A stretch of DNA of 64,000 nucleotides, from the NCBI RefSeq assembly GCF_963921235.1, contig NC_086097.1, positions 147,872,001 to 147,936,000 of the forward strand. Reading direction: 5' to 3'. Within the stretch, counting starts at the first letter, position 1. Each line of letters starts with the position of its first letter. Under the pieces are notes generated by a model. The model had not been told where the DNA came from. It searched no databases and worked only from the letters and a program-made list of their open reading frames with translations. The position numbers and the translations under genes were made by a program. This stretch comes from Mobula hypostoma (lineage: Eukaryota). Below are positions 11,079-24,346 of this stretch, piece after piece.

Positions 11079-13700
11079 GCCTTCCTGATTTATTTCTTAA
11101 GTGTTCTCGTACATTTCTTATACTCCATAAGCACCTCATTTGTTCCTACTTGCCTATCCCTGCTATGCACCTCCTTTTTTCTCTTAACCAGGGCCTCAAT
11201 GTCTCTTGAAAACCAAAGTTTCCTACACTTGTTTATCTTTTATTCTTACAGGCACATGCAATCTTTGTACTCTCAAAATTTTGTTTTTGAAGTCCTCCCA
11301 CTTTTCAAGTACTCCTTTGCCAGAAAACAGCCTGTTCCTATCCACACTTGCCAGATCATTTCTGATAACCGCAGAATTGGCCTTTCTGTAATTTAGAATC
11401 TCAGACCAGACCAGACCTATGATTTTGCATATTTACTTTGAAACTAATGGCATTATGCTCACTGGATGCAAAGTGTCCCCCTACACAAACTTCTGTCACC
11501 TGCCCTGTCTTATTCCCTAATAGCAGAACAAGTATCACAAGAGGGGCAGGACTGGCAGCTCAGTATTTCGGTGTTCCATTGTTTTAGATGGGACAGAACA
11601 GGAGCTATACATACTGATTAAGGAAACTTTTCTGAACACATGACAAACTCCATTTCATCTAGTCCCACTCAATATGTTGGAAAGTTAAAATCACCTACTA
11701 TAACAGCTGAATCACAAGCAAAATCTGTAGATGCTGGAAATCCAAGCAACACACAAAATGCTGGAGGAACTGAGCAGACCAGGTAGCATCTATGGAAAAG
11801 AGTATATTCAACGTTTTGGGACAAGACCCTTCATCAGGATGTCTTGATGAAGGGTCTGGGCCCGAAACATTGACTACTCTTTTCATCCCATTCCAGCATT
11901 TTGTGTGTGATTCTATAACAGCCTTATCTTTCTTGAAAAAGTCTGCAATCTCTTTACAAATTTGTTCCTCTAAATCCCTTGGAGTTTTGGATAGGCAGTA
12001 ATATAGCCCCATTAACGTGGTTATACCTTTCTTATTTCTCAGTTCCATCCATAACGCCACATTAGTCGAGTTCTCCAGTATGTCCTGACAAAGTACTGCC
12101 ATGACATTTTCCCTGACTAGTAACGCCATCCCTCCTGCTCTGTCACATCTAAAACGATGGAACCCCGGAATATTGACCTGCCAGTCCAGCCCCTCCTCCA
12201 ACCAAGTCTCATTAATAGCTGCAATGTCATAATTCGAGGTGTTGATCCAAACCCTGAGCTCATCTGCCTTTCCTGTGATACTTCTTGCATTGAAACATGT
12301 GCAGCTCAGGACATTAGTTGCACGAGTCTCAACCTTTTGATTCCTCACTTTGTCTGAGGTCTTACGAGTGTCTGCCTCCACAACCTCTCCACTACCTTGC
12401 TGGCACTCTGGTTCCCAAACCCTGCAACTTTAATTTAAACCCCACCATATAGCATTAACAAACCTTTCTACTAGGATATTAGTCCCCCTCCAGTTCAAGT
12501 ACAAACCATCCCTTCTGTACAGGTCCCACTTTCCCTGGAAGAAAGCCCAATGATCCAAAAAAATCATAGCCCCTCCCCCCCCCCATCCTACAACTCTTAC
12601 CACGTGTTAAACTGTATAATCTTCCTAGTTTTTGGCCTCACTAGCACGTGGCACGGGTAGCAATCCTGAAATCGCAACCGTGGAGGTCCTGCCTTTTAAC
12701 TTAGCACCTAACTCCCTGAGCTCCCTTTGTAGAGCCTCGCCACTCGTTCTACCCATGTCATTCGTACCTATATGATCGCAACCTCCGACTGTTCACCCTC
12801 CCACTTCTAGAATGCTGAGGACTTGATCCGACATTTTCAGAACCCTGGCACCTGGGGGTGGGGGGAGAGGCAACATGCCATCCAGGAATTTTATTCTTGC
12901 CCAGAACCTGTTGTCAGTTCCCTTAACTAATGAATCCACTATCTCCACAGCACACCTCTTCTGCCCCCTTTCCATCAGAGTCACAAAGGCAGACTCAGTA
13001 CCAGAGACCTGATCACTGTGACTTTCCTCTGTTAGGTCATCCCCCAAAGTGGTAATACCTGTTGTTGAGGGGGATGATCACAGGAGTACTCTGCACTGGC
13101 TGTTTAACCCCTTTCCCCCGACAGACTAGCACCCAGTTTCCCGTGTCCTGCCTCTCTGTATGTCCTGTGTATGATCCTTTCAGCCTCCCAAATGATCCAG
13201 AGTTCATCCAGTTCCAGCTCCAACTCCTTAATGCTGATCATTAGAAGCTGCAGCTGGATGCACTTATCGCAGTTGCAGTCATCAGGGACACTGGAGATCT
13301 TCCTGCCTTCCCACATGAGGAGCTTTTAACTATCCTGCCTGGCAACTCTACTGTCCTAACTGAGCAGATATAATGAAGGGAAGGAAAAAAAAAACAAAAC
13401 CTAGAGCTTTTCTTCGTTTTGCTTTCATTGACTGAGGTCTGTCTTCGCTGAAGCCTTGAAGAGCTAAAGCCTCAAGATCAACACTCTAACTCTGTCCACT
13501 CTGACACTGGCCATAGCACTTGCCCCTGCCTTCCTTTAATTTGCTCTTGCTAATCAATCCCAGAAGCTGATTGGTCACTGGTCAGAGCTGAATTGTGTTA
13601 CCGAGATCCGCCGTTGCTTTTTTCTGCTGGGTCAGTGGACCTGAGTGACATCGCCTCCTGTTAAACTTCTGATGTCCTGATTGGTCACTGGTCAGAGCTC
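11079..13700 (-). mobile_element. CR1 LINE 5' half: 5' UTR, ORF1 (zinc finger/coiled coil, esterase-like) and APE endonuclease
   Basis: ORF 13104-13316 (CxC..CxxC, ELELELDEL), ORF 12793-13047 (IVDSLVKG), ORF 11698-12381 (FNARSI..INETWL..RCDR..GGMALL). A 23-bp 5' UTR duplication ctgattggtcactggtcagagct is present. Confidence 0.88.
11708..11912. mobile_element. Short fold-back Penelope-derived element with two back-to-back hammerhead motifs, inserted in CR1
   Basis: Perfect 10-bp TSD ctataacagc at 11698-11707 and 11913-11922. Central gacccttcatcaggatgtcttgatgaagggtc inverted junction. Confidence 0.85.
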
Positions 13701-14004
13701 AATTACCTTGTGATCATAATGTGCACAAAGTTGTTGGTATCCAATTAAGACTTTAATTTGATTCCTCTCACTATGACTTGCTGACATCTTTAAAGACCAA
13801 CTGATTCTTACTTTCTACTCCACCTTCACCCCAGTTCTTTCACAGCCTTTATTATTGTTTTATTATATATCTTCTTTCTGTTTTCCATTAGTTTTCTTTA
13901 TACCATTTTCAACCATATGTCTTTCATTACTATCTTTAAATATCACTTTATCTTTTTACATGGAACTTAGATTTTCTGGTACTCTCAATAAATTGTTTCA
14001 ATAA

Positions 14005-14190
14005 TCCTTGAGAATCTTGAGGAGAGGAACTAAGCTCAAGCAGCATCTGTGGATGAAAGGAATTGTTGATGTTTCGGGACAAAACCCTGCATCATTTCCT
14101 GATGTAGGATCTCAACCTAAAACTGGAAGTTTCTGTCCTCCCAAAAATGTTTCTCAACGTATTGACTTACTCCAGCAGATTGTTTATTAC
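14005..14190. mobile_element. Degenerate Penelope pseudo-LTR fold-back element
   Basis: gaggaactaagc..cagcatctg..gtttcggga..ccctgcatca / cctgatgtagg.. arms. Confidence 0.55.
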
Positions 14191-14282
14191 TTTCCATTAT
14201 CCCCATTTATTTTAATTATGAGTGGCTTAGAAATGTATACCACACTGGGATATGAACCATGAAGATGCACAGGTAATTTCAG

Positions 14283-14520
14283 GTGTGGCACAGTAGCGTA
14301 GTGGTAAGCATTAACACTATTACAGCACCAGTCACTTGAGTGTAATTCTGCCTCTGTCTTAAAGGAGTTTGTATGTTCTTCCTGTGACCAAGTGGATTTC
14401 CTCAGGATGTTCTGGTTTAGTTGATTAATTGGTTACATGAATGTAATTTGGTGGTGCAGGCTTATTGAATTGTTGGAGCCTGTTACTGTGTTGTATCTCT
14501 AAATAACAAAATAAAATAAA
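14283..14520 (+). mobile_element. tRNA-derived SINE
   Basis: A-box-like gtagcgtagtggt head, conserved body and ctgtgttgtatctctaaat(aaaat)n tail. Confidence 0.7.
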
Positions 14521-14691
14521 GAATGATTATCACACACTTTTTCATATAACTTCTAAAGTTCAATATCACCAACTTTCTGAAATGGCGAGAACCTGCTTTT
14601 CTCATTCCTGTAAGGCATTTGGGATGTTGCTTGTAAATATAAATTGTTATTGACCAATGGGTATCCATAAATGGCCACATTAATTTATAAC

Positions 14692-16295
14692 ACCATAAGA
14701 CATGAGCAGAATTTTGGCCCATTGATCCTGTTCTGCCATTCCATCATGGCTGACTTATTAGCCGTCTCAACCTCATTCTCCTGCCTTCTTCCTGTAACCT
14801 CTGACACCCAGACTAACCAACAAACTCTTCTTAAATATACTCCATGACTCGGCCTCCACAGCTGTCCGTGGTAGTGAATTCCACAGGTTCACCACCCTCG
14901 GCTAAAGAAATTCCTCCTCATCTCTGTTCTAAATGCTGTCCTTTTATTCTGAGGCTGTGCCCTCTGGTCCAAGACTCAACCACTATAGGAAACATCCTCT
15001 CCACATCCACTTTCTGTAGGCCTTTCAATATTTGATAGGTTTCAATAAGATCCCTCATTCTTATAAACTCCAGTGAGTTCAGGTCCAGTGCCGTCAAATG
15101 CTCCTCATATGTCAACCCTTTCATTCCCAGAATCATTCTCATCAACCTCTTCTGGACACTCTCCAAAGCCAACATATCTTTTCTTAAATAAGGGGCCCAG
15201 ACCTGCCCACAATACTCCAAGTGTGGTTGACCAGTGCCTTATAAAGCCTCAACATTACATTCTTCCTTTTATATTCTCGTCCTCTGGAAAAGAATGCTAA
15301 TATTGCATTTACCTTCTTTACCACTGACTCAACTTGCAAGTTAACTTTTAGGGATTCCTGTACCAGAACTCCTAAGTTCCTTTGCACCTCCAATTTTTAA
15401 ATTTTCTCCATTTAGAAAATAGTCAATGCTTTTCTTCCTTCTGCAACGTGCATGACTATACACTTCCCTGCAATATTTCAAATGCCACTTCTTTGCCTAT
15501 TCTCTCAATCTGTCTATGTCCTGCAGACTGTCTGCTTCCTCAACACTTCCTGCCCCTCCATCAATTTTCGTGTTGTCTGCAAACTTGGCCTCAAAGTCAT
15601 CAATTCCATCATCCAAATCTTTGAAATATAATTTGAAATGAAGCGATCCCAATATATACCCCAGTGGAACACCACTAGTTACCAGCAGCCAACCAGAATA
15701 GGCCCCCTTTATTCTGTTTCTTTTCTTTTTGCCAGTTAGCCAATCTTCTATTTATGCTAGTATCTTTCCTGTTTCACCATGTGCTTTTACCTTGTTAAGC
15801 AGCCTCATGTATGGTTTCTTGTCAAAGGCTTTCCAAAAATCCAAGTAAACAACATCCACTAACTCTTTTTTCACCCTGCCTGTTATTTCTCAGGCAAGAT
15901 TTCCTCTTATGGAAACCATGCTGACTTTGACCGACTTTATCATGTGCCTTAAAGTAACTCGAAGCCTCATCCTGAATAGTGGACTCCAGCATCTTTCCAG
16001 CCATTGAAGTCAGGCTAACTGGTCTATAATTTCCTTTCTTCTGCCTCCCTCCCTCCTCAAAGAGTGGAGTGACATTTACAATATTCCGGTCCTCTGGAAC
16101 TATACCACAATCTAGTGATACTTGAAGGATCATTATAAATGCCTCCACAATCTCTTTAGCTATCTTCTCCAAAGCCCTGGGGTGTATTCCATCTGGCGCA
16201 GGTGACTTATCTACCTTCAGACATCTCTTTCAAACCACCTTACCCTTAGTAATAGCAGTGACACTCACTTCTGCCTCAGCACTCTCAGATTTTTG
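14692..16295 (-). mobile_element. CR1 LINE, 5'-truncated, decayed RT + 3' end
   Basis: ORFs 14918-15393 and 15822-16172 (GNYRPVSLTS, SQHGF, EYCGQVWAP). Confidence 0.9.
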
Positions 16296-17644
16296 CAAAA
16301 TCAAGCACTATCAAATTTCAGGTAGCGTTTCTTTGTATATTGTATAAACTAGGTGCAAGATCACAAAATCTCATCCATTTTTTCGAATAGAATTGCTGAT
16401 TATATTTAAGAAATTAATCAATAGATTAATGGGGTTAATGCAGGAAAGTGGTGCTGAGGTAAAAGAATCTTCATCACATTGAAACCCAGAGAAGGCCCAA
16501 GTAACTGAATGGCCAACTCCTGCTTCTGTAGTTTATGATGAGGTTCTTGTTCGTTCCTGCTTATTTAGTTTTACGAATTTACTCCATTAATGGAATCCAA
16601 TACATCCTATGCCTTAATTTACTTATTTTAATTCAAACTTTAAAAATGTTACAGATTCACACCTTAATATTGTCTCATTCTAAAATTAATGAACACTTAC
16701 ATGTATGTAACAGATGGACAAATAGGATTAATTGCCTGTACAATTCTGTTCTTTCTAATCTTGTTTAATAATTTACAATAATTTTGTAAGTTGATTAGTC
16801 AAGGGGTAATTCAAATAATCTATTCCATTGTTTGCAGAAATGGAGCCATGCTTGCAGTTAATAAATGTAACATAGCTGACTCTCTATCCTATAAATCTAG
16901 ATTCCAATCTCCCCGCACCCCCCCCCCCATCATTATTCGTTTCTTTTGGTTACTTTTTTAAAATTTTCAGTCCAAATTTCATTTTGGCCAGCTACAAAGT
17001 CCCTCTGAAGGTGACAGATACTTTGTTGTAGAGGACTAATGATAAATCACAAACTCATTTTCTTTCAGTTGCTTGTACATAGCTAAGTATGAATCAGTTT
17101 TCACTGCCACTTCAGGCACTGTATTATAGGTCATAACTTTTCATTGTGTGGAGGAAAATCATCCATTTGACTCCTTAGTTCTTACCCCAGTCACCTTAAG
17201 TACCTACAAGCTGGTTTTCAAATTGTCCACCAAAAGAAACGATTTGTCTGGATACTTAATGATTTTAAAAAGGGTAAAATTTGATCTGAATTTGCTGATG
17301 TCTAAGGTCTATGACACAAACTTTTACAGTGAAGTCCCTGATTCAACCATTCCACTAAATCCTTCCTAAAGTGCAGTCACCAAATTTGATAATGCTCCAT
17401 ATGACCTATCTAATAATTTTTATAGGATTAGCAAAGTGTTGCTATTATTCATAGACTGTGCCTCTATACAAAGACCGAGATGCTTTTGTTAGACACTGTT
17501 TTTACAACCTGACCTCTGATTTCTAAAGGTTGGTGCAATACAGAGAGCATAGACTTATGACATTTCTATTTTCTTTTGTATGCCACTTCTTAATTTCTTA
17601 TTAAACATAACCGCTTCACGTCTCTGAATTAAGTGTGTCTTCAC

Positions 17645-18040
17645 AGTTCAAAGTTCAAATTAAGTTTATAGTGAAAGTCCATATATGTCACCACGTACAA
17701 CCCTGAGACCCATTTTCTTGTGGCATGCGCATTAAATGCAAGAAAATACAATAGAATTCATGAAAGACCGCACCCAAAAGGACAAACAAATAACCAAAGT
17801 GCAAAAGATAAAAAACTGTACAAATGCAAAAAGAAAAATAAAACATAAAAAATAAGTAAGCATTAAATATCAAGAACATGAGATGTAGAGTCCTTAAAAG
17901 TGAGTCCATGGGTTGTGGGAACAGTTCAGTGATTGGGTGAGTAAAGCTGAGTAAAGTTTGGGGGGTGAAAACCGTTCTCTAACTTGGTAGTGTGGGTCCT
18001 GAGTCTTCTCTACCTCCTTCCTGATAACAGCAGCAATAAG
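17645..18040 (-). mobile_element. Rex1/Babar LINE 3' tail (continues at ~19490-19675)
   Basis: ttcaaagttcaa..tttat tail. The minus-strand Rex coding remnant resumes after the plus-strand Rex copy (ORF 19410-19598 TLTNFYRYTVENILTGC). Confidence 0.6.
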
Positions 18041-18044
18041 AATA

Positions 18045-19488
18045 CTCCAGCTGGCGGGAGTATTCAAGGACATTTTGAACCTCTCGCTGCTACGTGTGGA
18101 TGTTTTCACTTGCTTCAAAAAGGCAACAATTATACCAGTGCCTAAGAAGAATAATGTGAGCTGCTTTAATGTCTATCACCTGGTAGCACTCACACCTGCA
18201 GTGATGAAATGCTTTGAGAGGTTGGTCATGACCAGACTGAACTCCTGCCTCATCAAGGACCTGAACCCATTGCATTTTGCCTATTGCCACAATAAGTCAG
18301 CAGGAGATGCAATCTCAGTGGCTCTTCACACGGCCTTAGACCACCTGAACAACAACACAAACACCTATGTCAGGATGCTGTTCATCAACTATAGCTCTGC
18401 ATTTAACACCATCATTCCCACAATCCTGATTGAGAAGTTACAGAACCGAAGCCTCTGTTCCTCCCTCTGTAATTGGATCCTCGACTTCCTAACCAGAAGA
18501 CCACAATCTGTGCAGATTAGTGATAATATCTCTTCCTCGCTAACGATCAACACTGGTGCAGCTCAGGGGTGTGTGCTTAGCCCACTGCTCTACTCTCTAT
18601 ATACCCATGACTGTGTGGCTAGGCGTAGCTGAAATACCAGCTATAGATTTGCTGATGATATAGCCATTGTTGTTAGAATCTCAGATGGAGACGAGAGGGT
18701 GTACAGGAGTGAGATATGCCAACTAGTGGACTGGTGCCGCAGCAACAACCTTGCACTCAACGTCAGGAAGACAAAAGAGCTGATTGTGGACTTCGGAAAG
18801 GGTTGGATGAAGGAACGCATACCAATCCTCCTAGAGGGATCAGAAGTGGAGAGAATGAGCAGTTTCAAGTTCCTGGGTGTCAAGATCTCTAAGGGCCTAA
18901 CCTTGTCCCAACATATCGATGCAGTTATAAAGAAGGCACGACAGCAACTATACTTCATTAGGAGTTTGAAGAGATTTGGTATGTCAACAAATACACTAAA
19001 AAAACTTCTATAGATGTACAGTAGAGAGCATTCCAACAGGCTGCAACACTGTCTGGTATGGGGAGGCTACTGCAGAGGGTTGTAAATTTAGTTGGCTCCA
19101 GCTTGGGTACTAGCCTACAAAGAACCCAGGATATCTTCAAGGAGCGGTGTCTCAGAAAGGCAGCGTCCATTATTAAGAAGTTCCAGCACCCAGGGCATGC
19201 CCTTTTCTCAACATTACCATCAGGTAGAAGGTACAGAAGCCTGAAGGCACCCACTCAGCAATTCAGGAACAGCTTCTTCCCCTTTGTCATCCCATGAACA
19301 TTACCTCACTTTTTCAATAATATTATTTCTGTTTTTGCACGATTTTTAATCTATTCAATATATACATACTGTAATTGATTTACTTATTTTTTTTCCTCCT
19401 CCTTCAATATTATGTATTGCTTTGAACTGCTGCTGCTAAGTTAATAAATTTCACGACACATATCGGTGATAATAAAACTAATTCTGAT
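18045..19488 (+). mobile_element. Rex1/Babar LINE, 5'-truncated RT + 3' UTR
   Basis: ORFs 18075-18632 and 18699-19297 ([49 protein letters not shown]); tail aataaaactaattctgattc. Confidence 0.92.
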
Positions 19489-21929
19489 TCAAGGGCATTG
19501 GTACTTCCATACCAGGGTATATTGCAACCTGTTAATATATTCTCCACCGTATATCTATAGAAGTTTGTCAGAGTTTTAGATGATACAAGTAGAGACATTT
19601 CTGTGCATTCTTCATAATGGTACTTGCGTGCTGGGCCCAGGACAGATCGCCTGAAATAACACCAAGGAATTTCAGTAACTTGTGTCCTCTTACGCTACAC
19701 AACCTAATCCAAGGCGTACATTGAATGAACTAGTAGCAATCTCTGAGGAACACCATTTCATATCATTTTCCTTTCCAAAAAGCAAATAATTCACCATTCT
19801 TGTTTCTAATCCCAAGCCAATTATGTATTCATGCTGTCCCTTTGCTCAATGGCTTCAATAACACATCTTTTTAATCAAACATTCTATACGTTACATGAAC
19901 TGTATTTTTTTAATCAAAGCTCTGTTATCTCATCAAAAATCTCCATGCACCTACCACTCTGTATACATTAAAAAAACTCAGCTCTAATATCTCCCCTATG
20001 CTTTCTTCCGAACACCTTAAAGTTATAGCCCCTCATATGAGTTTTTTATGACTGAATGGTCTGTAGTTGTTAAATATCTATTTCCATTAATTTCCAAACA
20101 GGTATGTAAGCTTCTCTCATCCTCTGTTACCACTCCAGATCTAAAAAGGATTGTATTGTAACATCAAAAATAAAACTTGTAAAAGGCTGTATGTTACCAC
20201 TCCAAAACTGTTGCTTCCCCACCCAAGCTTCATCATCCATTCAGTAAGAAAGTGCTTGATGCTGTCTAGTCAGTCAATGAGTACATTCACAAATGAAATA
20301 AATATATGTTCTGCAAATTTGCACATGCTTTTTTTCCTCACTTCAATCAAAAATTATCAATATATCTTGAAATTTCCTCGGCAAGCTCGAATCCTAACGT
20401 TCATTACTTAGAGACTTTCTTTGGTTTGCCTTTTCCCAGCCTGTGATTGTCGCTTGTGTCACCCAACTTGTGTCTTGTCTAAAGTTCAACCATTTTTCAC
20501 TGCTGGTTTTGCCAGCTGTATTTCAATATCACTTTATCCTTGGGAGATCAGCTGTCAACCCACAAAGCTGGCCCTCCAATTGAATATTATTTCCTGTCCA
20601 TGTTTCAATGCATGCCATGTGCACTGCATATTCAATACTCCCCCATCAATGGTTGCTTCACTCACCACATTCCCCAGAATCGGATCTAGTAGTGTCTCCT
20701 TTCTCATTTCATCAGAAGCACATTATCTAAGACGGTTTTCCTTAAAGTGCCTCAAAAGTTCTTTATTGAATAGTTGAGGTCTTGTAACATTGTTCCTGTA
20801 CTTGCTTGAGAACACATATCATCATGCATAATAATAAGTGGAGAAATTACACCTTATTTTCTGCATAAATGCTTGACCTCTGATCCTGAAGCTTATCGAT
20901 CTTTTTTTTTCTCTCTTTCATCAGAGGAAATATCTGTAATGCCATTCCTCAGATAAAGAAAACGTAACCACACAAGAGTTCTTTACTCAAGTTGGAGAAC
21001 TCTCACAATTATATATGTCTTATATAGTTATGTACTTCATTATAATTGACTAAAGTTACTAGATCAGTCCATTTACCTATAAATACATGACTGCCCCAAT
21101 ATAGCATTTATTAACTAAATGGTTTCACAATTTTGGTCTCTGCTACTCTAAAAAAGACATGCATGCTAGAAGAAGAATGCTTTTAAAAGTTATTTCTCAC
21201 TTGTTCCCTAATCACACACTTAATATATGTAATTCAAAGTAGTATCCCAGTTTCAGATTTCCATACATTTAATTTACTGACTTATGATATTTGTTGTTTT
21301 GTGGCCAAGGCGTAAAAATCCATAAATTTAAAAATAAATAAATAGTGCATAAAGGGGAAAAACATTGTCCTTTAAAATGCTGTTAATTATTTCTGGGAAA
21401 TTGCAAGTTGCAGCATCACTCTCTAAAAGACTTGTTTATACAGGATTGTCCTTGAAACAGATTGCTGACTTAAGTCTTCTGAAATAGTGCTGGCACCTTG
21501 TCCTTGAGTTTAATATTCACATCCTCTTCCTAGCTAGTGGAGTCCATTATTACTTCACTTACCACAAATTAATTATGATTATATTTTGTAAATTTGTAAG
21601 AATTTTCTAAACTGATCATCAATTGATTTTCTGTTCTGGACCAAAATAAAATAGCTTGGGAACTGAGTCAGTTACATTTTCGACCCCTCATATATTATGT
21701 GTCCTTAAAAAAAATTCTGACAGTGAAGGGTGGGAGAGCATTATTGTAGTAAATCATCGTTTCTATCTGGTACTCTGATTTTCTACTGTTAAACTCCATT
21801 GCTGATAACCTCTCTCTTATAGATTCCATGGCCTTGATTTTCATTCTGAGTGGGATTAAACCAACACCATTCCTAGTCATCATAATATTTATTGTGACTT
21901 CAAGGAGCATTTGTATTTTTAAAACTGCC

Positions 21930-22178
21930 AGCACAGTAGCAAAATGCTACTACAATGCCAGTGACCAGGTTCAATTCTAGCTGCTGTCTATAAAGAAGCA
22001 TGTACATTCTCCCCATGACTGTGTGGATTTTCAGGTGTTACGGCTTCCTGCCACATTCCAAGGATGTACAGGGTATTAAGTTAATTGGTTACATTGGTAC
22101 ACTTGGACATCAGTGCAGGTTCTTTGGGCTGGAAGGGCCTGTTTCTGTACTGTACCTCTAAATTAAAAAAAAATAAAG
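21930..22178 (+). mobile_element. tRNA-derived SINE
   Basis: gcacagtagc..ggttcaattc head and A-rich tail; same family as 14283. Confidence 0.65.
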
Positions 22179-23713
22179 AACAGCAATCACTGAATGAAAA
22201 TAGACAAAGTCAAAGCTGAGTTTATTGATATATGCAGAGGTACATGTGTTACAGGTACAATGAAAATTTTGCTAACAGCAGCATCACAGGCAGATAGCAT
22301 CAGTAAAGCAGCATTGATGAAGTATCAATTAAACATTTTTCTAAGAACTCAATTAGAGCAAGAAAATTATTAGACTTGTTTAGCATGGGAAAGAGATATC
22401 GTGCTGATATTCTTGTTATCCTTATGTATTTAACTTTGCTTTGAGAGATCTGATCTTTCCCCACTCACTTACTAACTGACGAAAGACGTTCATCTGCTTG
22501 GCTTTCGTGCTTCCATTTCACGTGCTAATTTTTGTTCCACCCATTTTTGTGACCTTTGTATTAAGGGAAGAAGTGCCTTTGTCTCCCTGGCCTTATCGGA
22601 TTCTAGGCCCACTTTTGGGTTCCCATTTTCCTTTTCATTTGCAGATTAATAATGATTTGTTGCCAATGAAAGAGTGTTATTTAAATAGATACTGTCCAGT
22701 TAACAAACATAGTATAATTTCCATAAAATCCAAGCCACCCAAGTTTCCCAATATTGGGAGGATTTTAAAATTGATGTCCTTTATAGCTGAAGAAGTGGAA
22801 CTCATCGTTGGTGTTTTTTTTGTAGTTTCTGCACTTTTAAAATATTTTCATATATATTGATTATATTGTACATGCATGTAACAGGCATATTAATGTTATA
22901 TTTTTGTAAGAGCTAGCAAGAAGCTTTGTGATAGTAAGCAACAGGCATTCTTCAGAAAGTCACAATCTTTCCTATTTTTTATCCTTCATAAATATGAAAT
23001 GTGCTATGGTCAATTAGCTCTGAAACCCAAATGTTACCCCTAACTCTGTATCTTGCCACCCGAATCTGCACTTTTGGTGGTTGAAAAAGATAAATGGAGG
23101 CCAGAAAAAAATGATAGTAATATGCTGCAGAATGCAATAGCCAGTGGTTTAATTTGTGGTTAGTCTGTCTGTTCAGATTGTACACTGTGAAGTAGTCAGC
23201 AATAAATTGGCAAGATATTTGATTTAACAACAAGGGAACTGGGACTGGAAAAATAAGACCTTTAAGTCATTTCACCAAGTTCAAAAATATAGATATAATC
23301 TCAACATTAACTACATTAATAGTAGCCGAAGCTGAGTTAAGAGAGCCATAAAGTATTGGCTAGAAAAATAGAAATTATATCCATCTCTCCTGCATGCACG
23401 TAATTTCCACACCCATCAAGAAATTCACTTGTACATATTACTGCCAGTGTTATGAGGCTGAACTAGCTGGGTTGATCTGTATGTTTTACATTATGGTAAC
23501 AGCAATCACAGAAGCTAGACCTAATAATTTGTGTCTACTTTACCAGGCACCTTAAGAATTAGCTTAATCAGTTTTAGTGATTCAATATTGATTTAAACAG
23601 GATATGAAATTGAAGGTAATTGCTCCAACATAGTAATAAAGTGCTTAATTTTTAGCAACATGCATAACCCACTGGAGGAACTGAGCAGGTTGGGCAGCAT
23701 CCATGGAAACGAA

Positions 23714-23751
23714 CAGTCAACGTTTCGAGCCGAGACCCTTCGTCAGGACTG
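23714..23751 (-). ncRNA. Minimal type I hammerhead ribozyme motif (intact core)
   Basis: Minus strand reads CAGUC-CUGACGA-A-GGGU(CUCG)GCUC-GAAA-CG-UU-GACUG: stem I CAGUC/GACUG, CUGANGA and GAAA cores, stem II, and a loopless palindromic stem III (AACGUU). Confidence 0.75.
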
Positions 23752-24308
23752 AAGAGGGAGGGGGCAGTGGCCTTATAAAGAAGGTGGGGAGAGGGTGGGA
23801 AGGAGAAGGCTGGTAGGTGCCAGGTGAAAAACCAGTAAGGGGAAAGATCAAGGGGTGAGAGAGGAGATAGGCAGGAAAGGTGAAGAAGGAATCGGGGAAA
23901 GCACAATGGGTAGTAGAAGGAGGCAGAACCATGAGGGAGGTGATAGGCAGCTGGAGGAGGAGGCAGAGTGAAACTGGGTTGGGGGAAGGGAGGGGGAGGG
24001 AATTACCGGAAGTTGGAGAATTCGGTGTTCATGCCAAGGGGAGGGAGACTACCCAGACGGTATATGAGGTGTTGCTCCTCCAACCTGAGTTGGGCCTCAT
24101 CATGGCAGTAGAGGAGGCCATTTATGGACATATCCGAATGGGACTGTGAAGCAGAGTTGAAGTGGGTGGCAACCCGGGAGATCCTGTCTGTTGTGGCGGA
24201 CAGAGTGGAGGTGCTTGACGAAGCCAGGTTTTTCACCTGGCACCTACCAGCCTTCTCCTTCCCACCCTCCCCCCACCTTCTTTATAGGGCCCCTGCCCCC
24301 TCCCTCTT

Positions 24309-24346
24309 CAGTCCTGACGAAGGGTCTCGGCCCGAAAGGTTGACTG
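24309..24346 (+). ncRNA. Minimal type I hammerhead ribozyme motif (stem III mutated)
   Basis: CAGUC-CUGACGA-A-GGGU(CUCG)GCCC-GAAA-GG-UU-GACUG. A C>G change breaks the AACGUU palindrome. Confidence 0.65.

Noticed and set aside
20125..20204. 13-bp direct repeat tgttaccactcca around ~54 bp of A-rich sequence
   Set aside because: Possibly the TSD of a tiny insertion, but the insert is unrecognisable, so the evidence is too weak to call.
22498..22860. 120-aa hydrophobic ORF
   Set aside because: Chance ORF in T-rich intron sequence with a non-ATG start and no homology cues.
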